In this document: piece after piece, positions 34,305-47,963 of the stretch
Layout: each line of letters begins with the position of its first letter
Position numbering within the stretch: the stretch's first letter is position 1
Assembly (NCBI GenBank): GCA_963734535.1
Contig: CAVTHS010000014.1
Coordinates: 160,001 to 224,000, forward strand
Source: an uncultured Chloroflexia bacterium
GTDB lineage: Bacteria; Chloroflexota; Limnocylindria; Limnocylindrales; CSP1-4
Reading direction: 5' to 3'
DNA: 64,000 nucleotides
Notes under the pieces: model-generated
Databases searched by the model: none
Seen by the model: only the letters and a program-made list of their open reading frames with translations
What the model was told of the DNA's origin: nothing
Translations under genes and position numbers: made by a program

Positions 34305-35280
34305 TCAGGTCAGCGGGGATCGGGAGGCGGTCGCGTCGTGACCGGGCGCCCGGAAGGCGGCGGCGGTGGCGGCGGCCGCGGAGGTGTTGGCCGAGCGCGG
34401 CGTCCGGCGGATGCCGGCGAGAAGGCCCCGCAGCTCGGCCGCGTCGGCCGGCGCGAGCTTCGCGAGCGTGTCGCGCACCACCCATGCCCGCGCGCCGTCG
34501 GAGGTGGTCGCGGCGCGGCCGGCCTCGCGCCGGCAGAACGCCGTGACCGCGCCGCGATCGACGGCCGCGAGGTTGCGCAGCGCCCAGCTGAGCGCCTTCT
34601 GGACGTCGGGCTCGGGATCGCCGATGAGGAGGCCGACGAGCGAGAGCCCGCGGCCGGCGACGTCTCGCGTCCGCCCGGCGGTCCGATCCGCGAACGGGAT
34701 CGTCGCGATCGTGGAGCCGACCAGCCGGCGTTCCCAGCGGCTCGGGCTGTAGACGAGCTGCTCCAGCTCGGCCCACCGGTAGGGCTCGAGCAGGATCCCT
34801 GCCGCGACCGCCGCGGCCAGCGTGTCGACGGAGATCCAGTCGTCCGCCTCGGCCGCCAGCCGCGGAGCACCTGCCAGGCCTGCTCCGGCTCGTCCGGCAG
34901 GATCCGGCCGAGGAGCCAGCATGCGAACCAGCGCAGCTCGCGGACCGGATCGTGGGCAAGCGCCTCCGCGACGGGGAGCAGGCGCGCGGAGCGGACGCCG
35001 CGGAGCTCGCGCGCCAGCGCGCGGTGCACCGCCTCCAGGAGCGGCATCCGGACCCCGAGCAACGGCCCGATCCCGGGCGCGACCAGCCGCTGGCCGGCCA
35101 GGTAGACCGGATCGGCGAGCGTCTCGAGCCCGGCCCGGATGGCCGCGACGAAGCGGCCCGGATCGTCGATCTCGTCGGCGAGGCTGCGACCGACGTCGCG
35201 CGCCGTCGCTATGTGCGTTTCGACGAACGCATTGGAGGCAAGGGTCGTGGCACTGGCCTTCCGGATCGCGGGGGGAGCGG

Positions 35281-35284
<4 letters not shown>
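34305..35284 (-). CDS. DNA alkylation repair (AlkD-like HEAT repeat) protein (indel near 34865)
   Basis: [20 protein letters not shown] and [11 protein letters not shown], split across two frames. Confidence 0.78.
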
Positions 35285-38632
<3,348 letters not shown>

Positions 38633-38636
<4 letters not shown>

Positions 38637-39565
38637 GCGGCACCTCCCGGTACGCCGGCGCCTGCCACGACACGATTCTGCTGTCGGGGCCCGGCGAGGG
38701 CGAACGACCGATCCGTCGTCGCGGGCGTCATGGGTCTGGCGGGCGAGGCGGCTGGGGGCGCGGCCACCTCGCTGCGCTCGCCCGCCGCTCGCCCTGCATC
38801 GTGCTCGAGCCGGCCCCAGAGCTCGGTCGCCAACGCACGGTAGGCGATCGCCCCGCGGCTTTCGGGCGCATATGCGGCGATCGGCCGGCCGTGGCTCGGC
38901 GCTTCGGCGAGCCTCACGCTCCGCGGCACCACCGCCTGGAAGACCGCCGCCCCGAGGTGCTCGCGGACCTCGGCCGCAACCTCCGCGGAGAGGTTCGTGC
39001 GGGCGTCGAACATCGTGAGCACGACTCCCTGCACCGCCAAATCGGGATTCAGGTGGTCGCGGACCAGGTGGACGGTCGCGATCAGCTGCGAGAGGCCCTC
39101 AAGGGCGTAGTACTCGCACTGCATCGGGATCAGCACGGCGTCGGCAGCGGTCAGGGCATTCACCGTGAGCAGGCCGAGCGACGGCGGGCAGTCGATGAAC
39201 ACGACGTCCCAATCGGGTCGGATCGCCGCGAAGACTCGGTTCAGCCGGCGCTCCCGCTGCGGCACGCCAGCAAGCTCGACCTCTGCGCCCGCGAGCGCGA
39301 TGGATGAGGGCACAAGAGAGAGTCCGGGTGTGTCCGTTGGGACGATGAGTGTGCCGAGCTCCACGCCGCCCATGAGGGCGTCATAGACCGACGCCCCGGC
39401 GGCCGCACGCCCGGCCCCGAGGCCGCTGGTGGCGTTCCCCTGGGGGTCGAGATCGACGACGAGCACTCGCCGGCCGTCCCCTGCGAGATATGCCGCGAGG
39501 TTGACGACCGTTGTGGTCTTTCCAACGCCGCCCTTCTGGTTGGCGCACGCAAGCATCCGGCCCAC
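38633..39565 (-). CDS. parA: ParA/Soj partition ATPase
   Basis: NQKGGVGKTTT, DLDPQGNATSG, DCPPSLGLLT, QCEYYALEG, PRSVRLAEAPS; start approximate. Confidence 0.96.
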
Positions 39566-39742
39566 TACAGGCCACTCTCCTCGGGAATCACGCACCAAGT
39601 CTACCATTCCGGCCCCTTTCGACCCCCGGCGAGAGGGTGACGCGCCTGCCTTTGCTGCGACGTATCGCCGTCTTTCGTGTGCCTGCACCGGGCGTCGAGA
39701 ATCGGCTCGCGTCCCGCCCGGAGACAGGAGGTCGGGCCGGAG

Positions 39743-39758
39743 CGTTTCACGTGAAACA
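39743..39758. promoter_or_regulatory. parS: parS centromere site
   Basis: cGTTTCACGTGAAACA, a 15/16 match to TGTTTCACGTGAAACA, upstream of parA. Confidence 0.9.
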
Positions 39759-40103
39759 GGTCACGGCGGGCCGTCGTGCACCGGCCGACGCCCGACGCCC
39801 GCCGCCCGCCGAAGGCGCAGGCCGCGCAACCGCGCTGCCTATTGCCGCACGCGCCGGCCGCCCGCGTCCGCACGCGCCGGCCGCCCGGCGCCCGCCGCCG
39901 CGCGCACCGGCCCGGTCCGGCCGCGCGCCCACCTCACGAGCCCGGCACCGAGCACGGCTCGAGGGTCCCAGCACCCAGCACACGGGCCCCGGTCCCGCCC
40001 GGGCGGCCAAGTTGTCCGCCTCGGTATACTCGACGAGCAGAGTCCCGGCGGTTCGCGCAAACGCGGTGCGGTCGGGCTGCCGGTTCACTGAGGAACGACC
40101 GCC

Positions 40104-40610
40104 ATGAGCCTGGTTCTCGCAGCGGTCGGGGCGGCAGTGGCCGCGCTCATCCAGTCATCAATCCTGCCATTCACCGCCGCCGGTGGCGCGGGGCTCGATC
40201 TCGTCCTCGTTCTCGCCGTCGTCTGGACGATGACGGTGGGCCTCGATGGTGGGCTTGTCTGGGCCTTCCTCGGAGGGCTGATCATCGACGTACTCCTCAT
40301 GCGGCCACTCGGCCTGACCGCGTTCGTGCTTCTCCTCGCAGTCGGCGCTGCATGGCTCGTCGGCCGCATCTCACCGCGCGCGTTCTACCCGGTCGTGGTC
40401 GCCACGGCAGCCGTCACCGCCGGCCTCGCGTCCGTCCTGACGATCGTCCTCTTCGGAGTGCTGCGCGGGCTTCCGGCGGGCGTCGACCCGCTCTCGCAGG
40501 CGGTCCCGACCACTCTGCTCGCCGGGCTCGTCGCTGCCTTGATCGCACCGGTCCCGGTGATCATCCGTCGCCGCCGGTTCGGCGACGAAACCGAGCGGGT
40601 CGACTGGTGA
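40104..40610 (+). CDS. mreD: Rod shape-determining protein MreD
   Basis: Very hydrophobic, with DLVLV and AFLGGLIIDV; precedes pbp2-rodA. Confidence 0.8.
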   Translation: MSLVLAAVGAAVAALIQSSILPFTAAGGAGLDLVLVLAVVWTMTVGLDGGLVWAFLGGLIIDVLLMRPLGLTAFVLLLAVGAAWLVGRISPRAFYPVVVATAAVTAGLASVLTIVLFGVLRGLPAGVDPLSQAVPTTLLAGLVAALIAPVPVIIRRRRFGDETERVDW

Positions 40611-42538
40611 GCGCCCTCCAGACCCCGGTCACGCATGAGCGTCGACCCGCGCGCTTCGTCGTGTTCGCCATCGTCACCGTTCTTGCCCTGAGCGGGTTGA
40701 CGACGCGTCTCTTTGCCATGCAGCTTGCGGGCGCACCGGCCCAGCAACCGGCTGCAGCCCTGGCCCCGGCCGAGGTCGGCCGCCAGATCGTCACGGAGCC
40801 CGTGCCGTCGACCAGGGGGCTGATCTACGACCGCGCGAAGCGGCTCCTCGTCCAGAATGTGCCGACATTCACCGTCTCGGTTCGACCCGCCGACCTTCCC
40901 GAGGGCCAGCGACCGGACGTGATCGGTCGTCTGTCGGGACTGCTCGGCATCGCCGCGACGACCATCACCGAGACGATCGACGGCGCGATCGGGTCGCGTT
41001 TCGACCCCGTGGCGATCGCACGCGACGTCCCCGAGCAGACGGCGCGCCTGATCTCGGAGGACAGCCTCACCCTGCCAGGCGTCGAGGTCACGGTCGACGC
41101 ACGCCGCGACTACCTCGATGGACCGTTGTTCACGCAGCTGATTGGCTGGACGGGGTCCATCGACGCGACGGCATACGCGTCGCTCAAGGGCCAGGGGTAC
41201 CTTCCCGACGACCGCATCGGGAAGGCCGGCGTCGAGTCGGTCTACGAGTCCGCCCTGCGCGGCGTGTACGGGGTGCGCGAGGTCGAGAAGGACGGAACCG
41301 GGCGCACGCTCCGCGTGCTGTCCACGACGACGGCTCCGCAGGCCGGGGACTCGCTCGTGCTGACGATCGACTCCAGGGAGCAGAAGATGGCCCAGCAGGC
41401 GCTCGACTGGGGTCTCAAGCTCTCCGGCTCGAAGCGCGGTGCGATCGTGGTCGAGAATCCGCAGACGGGCGAGATCATCGCCATGGTCAGTGCGCCAACC
41501 TACGACGCGAACCTGTTCTCGCGCGGGATCAGCACGGCCGACTTCCAGAAGCTCCTCTCGGACAAGAACCTGCCGCTCATGAACCACGCGATCACCGACA
41601 TCCAACCGCCCGGGTCGACGTACAAGCTGGTCACGGGCTCAGGCGTCCTCGCGGACAAGAAGCTCGGGGTGACCGAGACCGTGCTGAGCAAGCCCTACAT
41701 CCAGCTCGGCTCGACGTTGTTCTGGGAGTGGAATCACGCCGGGTGGGGACCTCTCGACATCAAGGACGGCTTCGCTCACTCCAGCGACACGTTCTTCTAC
41801 CAGATGGCCCAGCGCCTCGGGATCGCGCGCCTCGCGTTCTGGGCGCGCCAGTACGGGTTCGGCCAGACGACCGGGATCGACCTTCCCGCCGAGGCCGGGG
41901 GCCTCGTCCCGACGGACCAGTGGAAGCTTGAGACGCTGGGACAGACGATCTTTCCGGGCGAGGTCCTCCAGGCGGGGATCGGCCAGGGTTACGACCTCGC
42001 GACACCGCTCCAGCTGGTCAACGCCTACGCGGCGATGGCGAACGGCGGCACGCTCTACCAGCCCCAGGTCGTTCGCGAGATCGTGAGCTCCGACGGCACG
42101 GTCGTGCGGCCGTTCACCCCGAAGGTGATCCGCAAGATCGCGGCCCCGAGCTGGGTGTTCACGATCATGCGCGAGGCGGCCCGGCGCGTGATCACCAGCC
42201 GTCACACCTACAATTTCGTGGACCTCCCGATCGTGGTCGGGGGCAAGACCGGCACGGCCGAGTACGGCCTCCGCGACAAGAACGGCGTCCTTCCGTACCA
42301 CAACTGGTTCGCGGGATTCACGCCGAAGAACGTCTGGACGAAGGACAACCCGACCGGCGACGTCTCCAAGCCCGACTCCCAGCTGGCCTTCGCCGTCTTC
42401 ATCTACGACGCGGGCACGCTCGGCAACACCGCGACGGAGGTCGCCAAGTACTACCTCCAACTCCACTACGGGATCAAGCAGGACTTCCGGCTCCCGCAGC
42501 TCCTCGAGCGCACGAACTTCTACCAGGGCGGCGGCTGA
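40607..42538 (+). CDS. mrdA: Penicillin-binding protein 2
   Basis: TM, RGLIYDR, GKAGVE, PGSTYK (SxxK), SSD and GKTGTAE. Confidence 0.94.
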   Translation: MSALQTPVTHERRPARFVVFAIVTVLALSGLTTRLFAMQLAGAPAQQPAAALAPAEVGRQIVTEPVPSTRGLIYDRAKRLLVQNVPTFTVSVRPADLPEGQRPDVIGRLSGLLGIAATTITETIDGAIGSRFDPVAIARDVPEQTARLISEDSLTLPGVEVTVDARRDYLDGPLFTQLIGWTGSIDATAYASLKGQGYLPDDRIGKAGVESVYESALRGVYGVREVEKDGTGRTLRVLSTTTAPQAGDSLVLTIDSREQKMAQQALDWGLKLSGSKRGAIVVENPQTGEIIAMVSAPTYDANLFSRGISTADFQKLLSDKNLPLMNHAITDIQPPGSTYKLVTGSGVLADKKLGVTETVLSKPYIQLGSTLFWEWNHAGWGPLDIKDGFAHSSDTFFYQMAQRLGIARLAFWARQYGFGQTTGIDLPAEAGGLVPTDQWKLETLGQTIFPGEVLQAGIGQGYDLATPLQLVNAYAAMANGGTLYQPQVVREIVSSDGTVVRPFTPKVIRKIAAPSWVFTIMREAARRVITSRHTYNFVDLPIVVGGKTGTAEYGLRDKNGVLPYHNWFAGFTPKNVWTKDNPTGDVSKPDSQLAFAVFIYDAGTLGNTATEVAKYYLQLHYGIKQDFRLPQLLERTNFYQGGG

Positions 42539-43701
42539 TGGGCGTTCTCCGCGTCGAACGGGACGCTCCGAGCGGGATCGCGGCCCGCGTCGGCGGCGTC
42601 GCGTGGCGCGACTTCGACCTGCAGCTCTTCGTCTACGCGGTCCTGCTCGCGACGCTCGGGCTGACCATGGCCTACAGCAATACCGCCGCCCAGCTTGGCG
42701 GCGACGTGGCGCAGGGAGGGACCACGTTCGTCCGCGGGCTGGTCTGGGCGGTGGTGGCGCTGGTCGCCTTCGCGGCCGCAACCGCGTTCGACTACACGTG
42801 GCTGAAGGCGTTCTCGTGGCCAATCTACGTCGTGAACCTCGCGCTCCTGGTGGCCTCGCTCGTGCTGGGCAGCTCCGACGCCGTGTCTGCCCGCTGGGTC
42901 TCGATCTTCGGGCTGCAGTTCCAGTTCAGCGAGATCGCCAAGATCCTCATGATCGTGGTGCTCGCCCGATACCTGGCCGACCATGACCGGCGCCTGGACT
43001 CGCTGGCGGCGATCGTGGGGGCGTGCCTCATCGTCATCCCGCCGTGGATTCTCGTCCTCATGCAGCCGGACCTCGGGACGTCGCTCGTCTTCATCGCGGT
43101 CCTGGTCGGGATGCTCTTCATGGGAGGAGCGAGCCTGCGCTGGCTCGGAGCGCTCGCCGCGGCGACCCTCGCGGCGCTGCCACTCGTCTGGACCTACGTC
43201 CTTCACGACTACCAGAAGGAGCGGCTGACGAGCTTCCTGGACCCTGCGAAGGATCCACTCGGAGCGGGCTTCCAGCTGCTCACCGCGCAGCACGCCGTGA
43301 GCGCTGGCGGGTGGCTGGGGGCGGGCCTCACGAACGGGGCCCAGAGCCAATCGAATCTGCTCCCGGTGCAGGCGACCGACTTCGTCTTCGCCGTGCTGGC
43401 CGAGGAGCTCGGATTCGTCGGGTGCCTCGTCGTCTTCCTGCTCTTCGCGGCGCTGCTGTGGCGGATCCTGACGATCGCATGGCGATCCCGTGACCCGTTC
43501 GGCCTGATGGTCGGGGCCGGGGTGGCCTCGATGATCCTCTTCCAGATCGTGGTCAACGTCGGGATGGTCCTGGGCGTGATGCCGATCACCGGGATCCCGC
43601 TCCCGTTCATCACCCATGGCGGCGCGTCGCTTGTCAGCATCGCGATCGGGCTCGGGATACTCCAGAGCATCGCCATGCGCCAGCAGCGCGCTGAGTGGTG
43701 A
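42538..43701 (+). CDS. rodA: SEDS glycosyltransferase RodA
   Basis: QPDLGT, YQKERL, TDFVFAVLAEELGF, PITGIPLPFITHGG. Confidence 0.94.
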   Translation: MGVLRVERDAPSGIAARVGGVAWRDFDLQLFVYAVLLATLGLTMAYSNTAAQLGGDVAQGGTTFVRGLVWAVVALVAFAAATAFDYTWLKAFSWPIYVVNLALLVASLVLGSSDAVSARWVSIFGLQFQFSEIAKILMIVVLARYLADHDRRLDSLAAIVGACLIVIPPWILVLMQPDLGTSLVFIAVLVGMLFMGGASLRWLGALAAATLAALPLVWTYVLHDYQKERLTSFLDPAKDPLGAGFQLLTAQHAVSAGGWLGAGLTNGAQSQSNLLPVQATDFVFAVLAEELGFVGCLVVFLLFAALLWRILTIAWRSRDPFGLMVGAGVASMILFQIVVNVGMVLGVMPITGIPLPFITHGGASLVSIAIGLGILQSIAMRQQRAEW

Positions 43702-43801
43702 GGCGCCCGATCCGCGACCCGGCGTCGCGCAACGGACTGCCCGACATGGTGGACGACGGCAAACCGCGCGCAGGGCCTCACCCGCGATCGCGTCGCCGGT
43801 C

Positions 43802-44602
43802 GTGAACCGGGGCCTGGCCAATTCGCCGGTCGTGCCGCCCGATCCTCCTCGGGAGGCGCACGCCCCGGGACGGGCCACGTCGACCCTTCCCGGAAGGCCT
43901 GCGATCCTCCCGCGCCAGCGCTGGCGACTCTATCTGCGGATGCCGGCGGTCCACGTCCCGGGCGAGCTTCCCGCCGGAGCCGGTGCCTGGGCCTCGCTGC
44001 TCGAGGGATCCGGCCTGACGCTGGCCGGCGAGCCCGGGCGCGGCCGCGTCGCGCCGGCGGCGCAGCTCCCGCTGGGTTTCGCCGGCGAGCGGGAGATCCT
44101 CGACGTGATCCTCGGCACGCGCCTCCCGCTCGTCGAGGTGCGGGAGCGGATCCGGGCCGCACTGCCGGCGCCAGTCGAGCTGGTCGATCTCCACGACGTC
44201 TGGGTCGGCGCGCCGTCGGCGTCGTCTGCCGTCTTCGCCGCGGACTACCGGGTGGAGCTGGCCGGCGTGCCGGCGTCCGTCATACGGCTGGGAGCCGAGT
44301 CGCTGCTCGCCGCGTCCTCCCTGCCCCGCGAACGTCACCGCGAGAAGAAGACCCAGGCCTTCGACCTGCGGCCGCTCATCGTCTCGCTCTCGGTCGCGGC
44401 CGCGGTCCCGCCCGCCAGCGCGGCGCCGGACGCGGCGATGGCGATCCTGCAGGTTCGCCTCCGCCATCGCCCGGACGCGGTGGGGCGCCCGGAGGACGTG
44501 GTCTCGGCCCTCGGCGAGCCGCCGGCACCGCCGCTGGTGGGCGTGCTTCACGTGCTCGGGATCGTGCGCGAGCGGCTGCTGCTTGCCGGGGACGCCGCCT
44601 GA
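43802..44602 (+). CDS. DUF2344 / TIGR03936-like protein (degenerate)
   Basis: RQRWRL, RVAPAAQLPLGFAGEREILDV, FDLRPLI, GRPEDV; lies after rodA; start uncertain. Confidence 0.65.
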   Translation: MNRGLANSPVVPPDPPREAHAPGRATSTLPGRPAILPRQRWRLYLRMPAVHVPGELPAGAGAWASLLEGSGLTLAGEPGRGRVAPAAQLPLGFAGEREILDVILGTRLPLVEVRERIRAALPAPVELVDLHDVWVGAPSASSAVFAADYRVELAGVPASVIRLGAESLLAASSLPRERHREKKTQAFDLRPLIVSLSVAAAVPPASAAPDAAMAILQVRLRHRPDAVGRPEDVVSALGEPPAPPLVGVLHVLGIVRERLLLAGDAA

Positions 44603-44755
44603 CCGGCGCGGGGTCCTGGAGGCCCACGTCATGCGCGGGCCGTCCGGTCCCGGGAATTCGGCCGAGCGGCTCTCCCAGCCCGTCGACGCCTCGCTCACCC
44701 TGAGCCTTTGGCGATCCGCCCGGATCGCCCACGTTCTGACAGATCGAGGTTCGCC

Positions 44756-45706
44756 GTGCCCGAGGCGATCGAGCTGCGCGGCCTGACGCGCTGGTACGGA
44801 AAGCGCCGCGGCGTGATCGACCTGGAGGCCGATGTCCACGAGGGCGAGGTCTTCGGGTTCCTGGGGCCGAACGGGGCTGGGAAGACCACCACGATCCGGA
44901 TGCTCCTGGGCTTGATCCGGCCCAGCTCGGGTACGGCCCGGATCCTGGGCCTCGATCCGTGGACCGATACCGCCGCCGTGCATGCACGGCTCGCCCACCT
45001 CGGGAGCGACCCCGGATACCTCGGCGACATGAACGCGGCCTCGCTGCTCGACTACCTTGGTGCGCTCCGGGGGTTGCCGAGGGGCGCCTGGCGGCCAATC
45101 GCCGAGCGGCTCGAGCTGGACCCGAGCGTGCCCATCAGGAAGCTGTCGCGCGGCAACCGCCAGAAGGTCGGCGTGGTCGAGGTGTTCATGGGACATGAGC
45201 CTCTCCTGGTCATGGACGAGCCGTCGACGGGCCTCGACCCGCTCATGCAGCGCGAGTTCCTGGCGCTCGTGGCGGAGGCCCGCGCCGAGGGCCGGACCGT
45301 CTTCCTCTCCTCGCACAACCTGCCCGAGGTCGAGCGCGCCTGCGACCGCGTGGCGATCATCCGCGAGGGGCGACTGGTCAAGATCGCCACGGTGGTGGCC
45401 CTCGTCGGGGACCACACACGCTCCGTGAACCTCGTTCTCGGATCTCCGGCGCCCGAGGGCGCGTTCGTCCTGCCCGGCGTGACGGTCCTCTCCAGCACCG
45501 GACAGGATGTCCACCTGATGGTCCGAGGGGATGTGAACGCGCTGATCGGACGTCTCGGCGACCTGGACATCCGCGACATTGCGATCAGCACGCCCGATGT
45601 CGAGGACCTCTTCTTTCGGTACTACGAGGGATCGGTCGCCGGGTCGGAGAAGCGCGACCTCGCGCCGGAACAGCCCGATGCAATCCACGGGGAGGCCCGT
45701 CGATGA
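44756..45706 (+). CDS. ABC-2 transporter ATP-binding protein
   Basis: GPNGAGKTT, LSRGNRQK, MDEPSTGLDP, SSH. Confidence 0.93.
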   Translation: MPEAIELRGLTRWYGKRRGVIDLEADVHEGEVFGFLGPNGAGKTTTIRMLLGLIRPSSGTARILGLDPWTDTAAVHARLAHLGSDPGYLGDMNAASLLDYLGALRGLPRGAWRPIAERLELDPSVPIRKLSRGNRQKVGVVEVFMGHEPLLVMDEPSTGLDPLMQREFLALVAEARAEGRTVFLSSHNLPEVERACDRVAIIREGRLVKIATVVALVGDHTRSVNLVLGSPAPEGAFVLPGVTVLSSTGQDVHLMVRGDVNALIGRLGDLDIRDIAISTPDVEDLFFRYYEGSVAGSEKRDLAPEQPDAIHGEARR

Positions 45707-46506
45707 TCGGGCTCGCGTTCCGCCTGGAGCTCCGCCGCAGCCGGGTCATCGGCGTCGGCCTGGCGATCGTCGTGCTCCTCTACGGCGGGCTGATCGCCGC
45801 CCTCTACCCGATCCTGCTCGCCAACACGGCGATGATCGAGGATTACATGAAGCTCTTCCCGAAGGAGATCATGGCGGGCTTCGGCATGACGGGAAGCCTC
45901 GCCGATCCCGGCATCTTCTTCACCACGTACATCGGCAGCTTCCTGTGGCCGGTCGTCGCCGCGATCGCGGCCATCGTCCTCGCGACGCGGCCATCGGCCG
46001 CGGATGCCGATCGCGGCTGGGCGGACGTCGTCCTCGCGACGCCCCTGACCCGCAGCCGCCATCTCGGGGCCGGGATCCTCGGGCAGATCCTCGTGCTCGC
46101 TGTGCTGGCGTTCGTGACGGTCGCCGGCGTGCTGGGCGTTGGCGCGCTCGTCGGGGCCGGCTTCGACACCGGGCGCTTCCTTGCCGCCGGCGCCGTGCTG
46201 TGGCTCTTCGGGTGCGCCATGGCCGGCGTGACCTCGCTCGTGGCGGTGATCACGCTGAGCCGCGGGGCGGCTGCTGCGGTCACCGCGGGACTCCTGATCG
46301 CGATGTACCTGCTCAACATCGTCGCGCAGGTCCAGCCCGATCTCGCCTGGCTCGGCGGCCTCTCCGCGTTCCGGTATGCCGGGGTGGGAGCGCTGATCGA
46401 CGGGGGGAGCGTGGACTGGGTCGGCGTCGGCGTCTTTGCTGTCGTCGCGGTGGCCGGCTGGGCCGCGTCGCTCGTCCTCTTCCGGACGCGCGACCTCCTG
46501 CCGTGA
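45703..46506 (+). CDS. ABC-2 transporter permease
   Basis: About six TM segments, ATPLTR and C-terminal FRTRDL; ATGA overlap. Confidence 0.88.
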   Translation: MIGLAFRLELRRSRVIGVGLAIVVLLYGGLIAALYPILLANTAMIEDYMKLFPKEIMAGFGMTGSLADPGIFFTTYIGSFLWPVVAAIAAIVLATRPSAADADRGWADVVLATPLTRSRHLGAGILGQILVLAVLAFVTVAGVLGVGALVGAGFDTGRFLAAGAVLWLFGCAMAGVTSLVAVITLSRGAAAAVTAGLLIAMYLLNIVAQVQPDLAWLGGLSAFRYAGVGALIDGGSVDWVGVGVFAVVAVAGWAASLVLFRTRDLLP

Positions 46507-46570
46507 GCCCGGCTGCCGTTCGGGCCGAGCCCGCGACAGGCGAGCCGGGGACCGTCGAGCCGGCGATCGT

Positions 46571-46599
46571 TTGACCGGAGCGTCGGAGCGCCGTACACT
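46571..46599 (+). promoter_or_regulatory. Sigma70-type promoter TTGACC-N17-TACACT for rplU-rpmA-rpmE
   Basis: Near-consensus boxes with exact spacing. Confidence 0.7.
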
Positions 46600-46689
46600 C
46601 CCCATTCGCGCCCGGGCCAACCGGGCGGTCCGTTTGCGCCCACCCGAGGCCGGCACGTCACGCCCGCCGAGCACCCACTCCGGAGACCC

Positions 46690-47331
46690 ATGTACGCAGT
46701 CATCGAGACCGGCGGGAAGCAGTATCACGTTGAGGTCGGCACGGAGCTCGCGGTCGAGCTCCTCGACGTGGAACCCGGCCAGGAGATCACCCTCGACCGT
46801 GTCCTGCTGGTCGCGGACGGAGACGAGGCGGCCATCGGCCGTCCGCTCGTCGCCGGTGCCGTCGTCAGCGCCACCGTGCTGCGCGCCGACCGCGCCGACA
46901 AGGTCATCTCGTTCAAGTACAAGCCCAAGGCACGCCGCCGCGTCAAGAAAGGCCACCGCCAGGAGCAGACGATCCTGCGCGTGACCGACGTCGTGCTCAA
47001 CGGCAAGAGCGCCGCGGAGACCGAGAAGGTCGCGGCCGAGGCGCGCAAGACAGAGCGCGAGCGGCTTGCCGAGGCAGCAGCCACGCAGGCGGTCGCCGAC
47101 GCCGCCCTCGCCGCGACCCTGGCCACGAAGGCCGCCGCGGCCGACGCCGCGGATGCGTCCGCCGATGCGGCCAAGAAGCCGGCTCGGACCGCCAAGGCGA
47201 GCGCGCCCGCCACGGGCAAGGCGAAGCCCGCGGCAGCAAAGGCGAAGACGCCCGCCAAGGCGAAGACGCCGGCCCCCGACTCGGCGAAGCCCGCCGCCAA
47301 GCGCCCCCGCGCCGCGAAGAAGGAAGACTGA
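46690..47331 (+). CDS. rplU: 50S ribosomal protein bL21 with Ala/Lys-rich C-terminal extension
   Basis: MYAVIETGGKQY...KKGHRQ. Confidence 0.97.
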   Translation: MYAVIETGGKQYHVEVGTELAVELLDVEPGQEITLDRVLLVADGDEAAIGRPLVAGAVVSATVLRADRADKVISFKYKPKARRRVKKGHRQEQTILRVTDVVLNGKSAAETEKVAAEARKTERERLAEAAATQAVADAALAATLATKAAAADAADASADAAKKPARTAKASAPATGKAKPAAAKAKTPAKAKTPAPDSAKPAAKRPRAAKKED

Positions 47332-47334
47332 TCG

Positions 47335-47637
47335 ATGGCCCACAAGAAAGCAGGCTCGAGCTCGAAGAACGGCCGCGACTCGGTCGGCCAGCGCCTGGGC
47401 GTGAAGGTCGGTGACGGCCAGCTGGTTCCGGCCGGCTCGATCATCGTCCGCCAGCGCGGGATGACCTTCATCGCCGGCACGGGCACCGGCCTCGGACGCG
47501 ACTACACGGTCTTCGCGACCGTCGAGGGCCGCGTCCGTTTCGAGCACCAGACGCGCTTCAAGAAGCGCATCCGCGTCGAGCCCGTGATCGAGGCGGCACC
47601 CGCCGCCGAGACCGAGCCCGCCGTCGCCGGCGCCTGA
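47335..47637 (+). CDS. rpmA: 50S ribosomal protein bL27
   Basis: [23 protein letters not shown]. Confidence 0.98.
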   Translation: MAHKKAGSSSKNGRDSVGQRLGVKVGDGQLVPAGSIIVRQRGMTFIAGTGTGLGRDYTVFATVEGRVRFEHQTRFKKRIRVEPVIEAAPAAETEPAVAGA

Positions 47638-47677
47638 AGCCCGGCACGAACCCAGCCACGCCGCCCCCGGAGACCCG

Positions 47678-47893
47678 ATGAAGCCGAACATCCACCCCAA
47701 GTACCACGCCTCGAAGGTGCACTGCGCGACCTGCGGCACCGAGTTCGTCGTCGGGTCCACCCGCCCCGAGCTGCGCGTCGACGTCTGCGGCAACTGCCAC
47801 CCGTTCTACACGGGCAAGCAGATGATCATGGACACCGCCGGTCAGGTCGAACGCTTCCAGAAGCGCCTCGAGCGCGCTGCGACGGGCCGCTGA
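47678..47893 (+). CDS. rpmE: 50S ribosomal protein bL31 (Zn-binding C+ form)
   Basis: MKPNIHPKY, CATC, CGNCHPFYTGKQ. Confidence 0.98.
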   Translation: MKPNIHPKYHASKVHCATCGTEFVVGSTRPELRVDVCGNCHPFYTGKQMIMDTAGQVERFQKRLERAATGR

Positions 47894-47963
47894 CGGCTGG
47901 GTCGCATTCGCCACGGCGGGCCACCAGGCCCGCCGTCGTGATTCAGGGCAGGTAGCGTCGCCC

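Noticed and set aside
39566-40103. Possible oriC at the strand switch next to parS
   Set aside because: No TTATCCACA-like DnaA boxes, no AT-rich unwinding element and no dnaA nearby. parS only suggests origin proximity.
46600-46689. L21 leader RNA
   Set aside because: Only a GCCCGG/CCGGGC hairpin is visible, which is not enough to assign the family without a covariance search.
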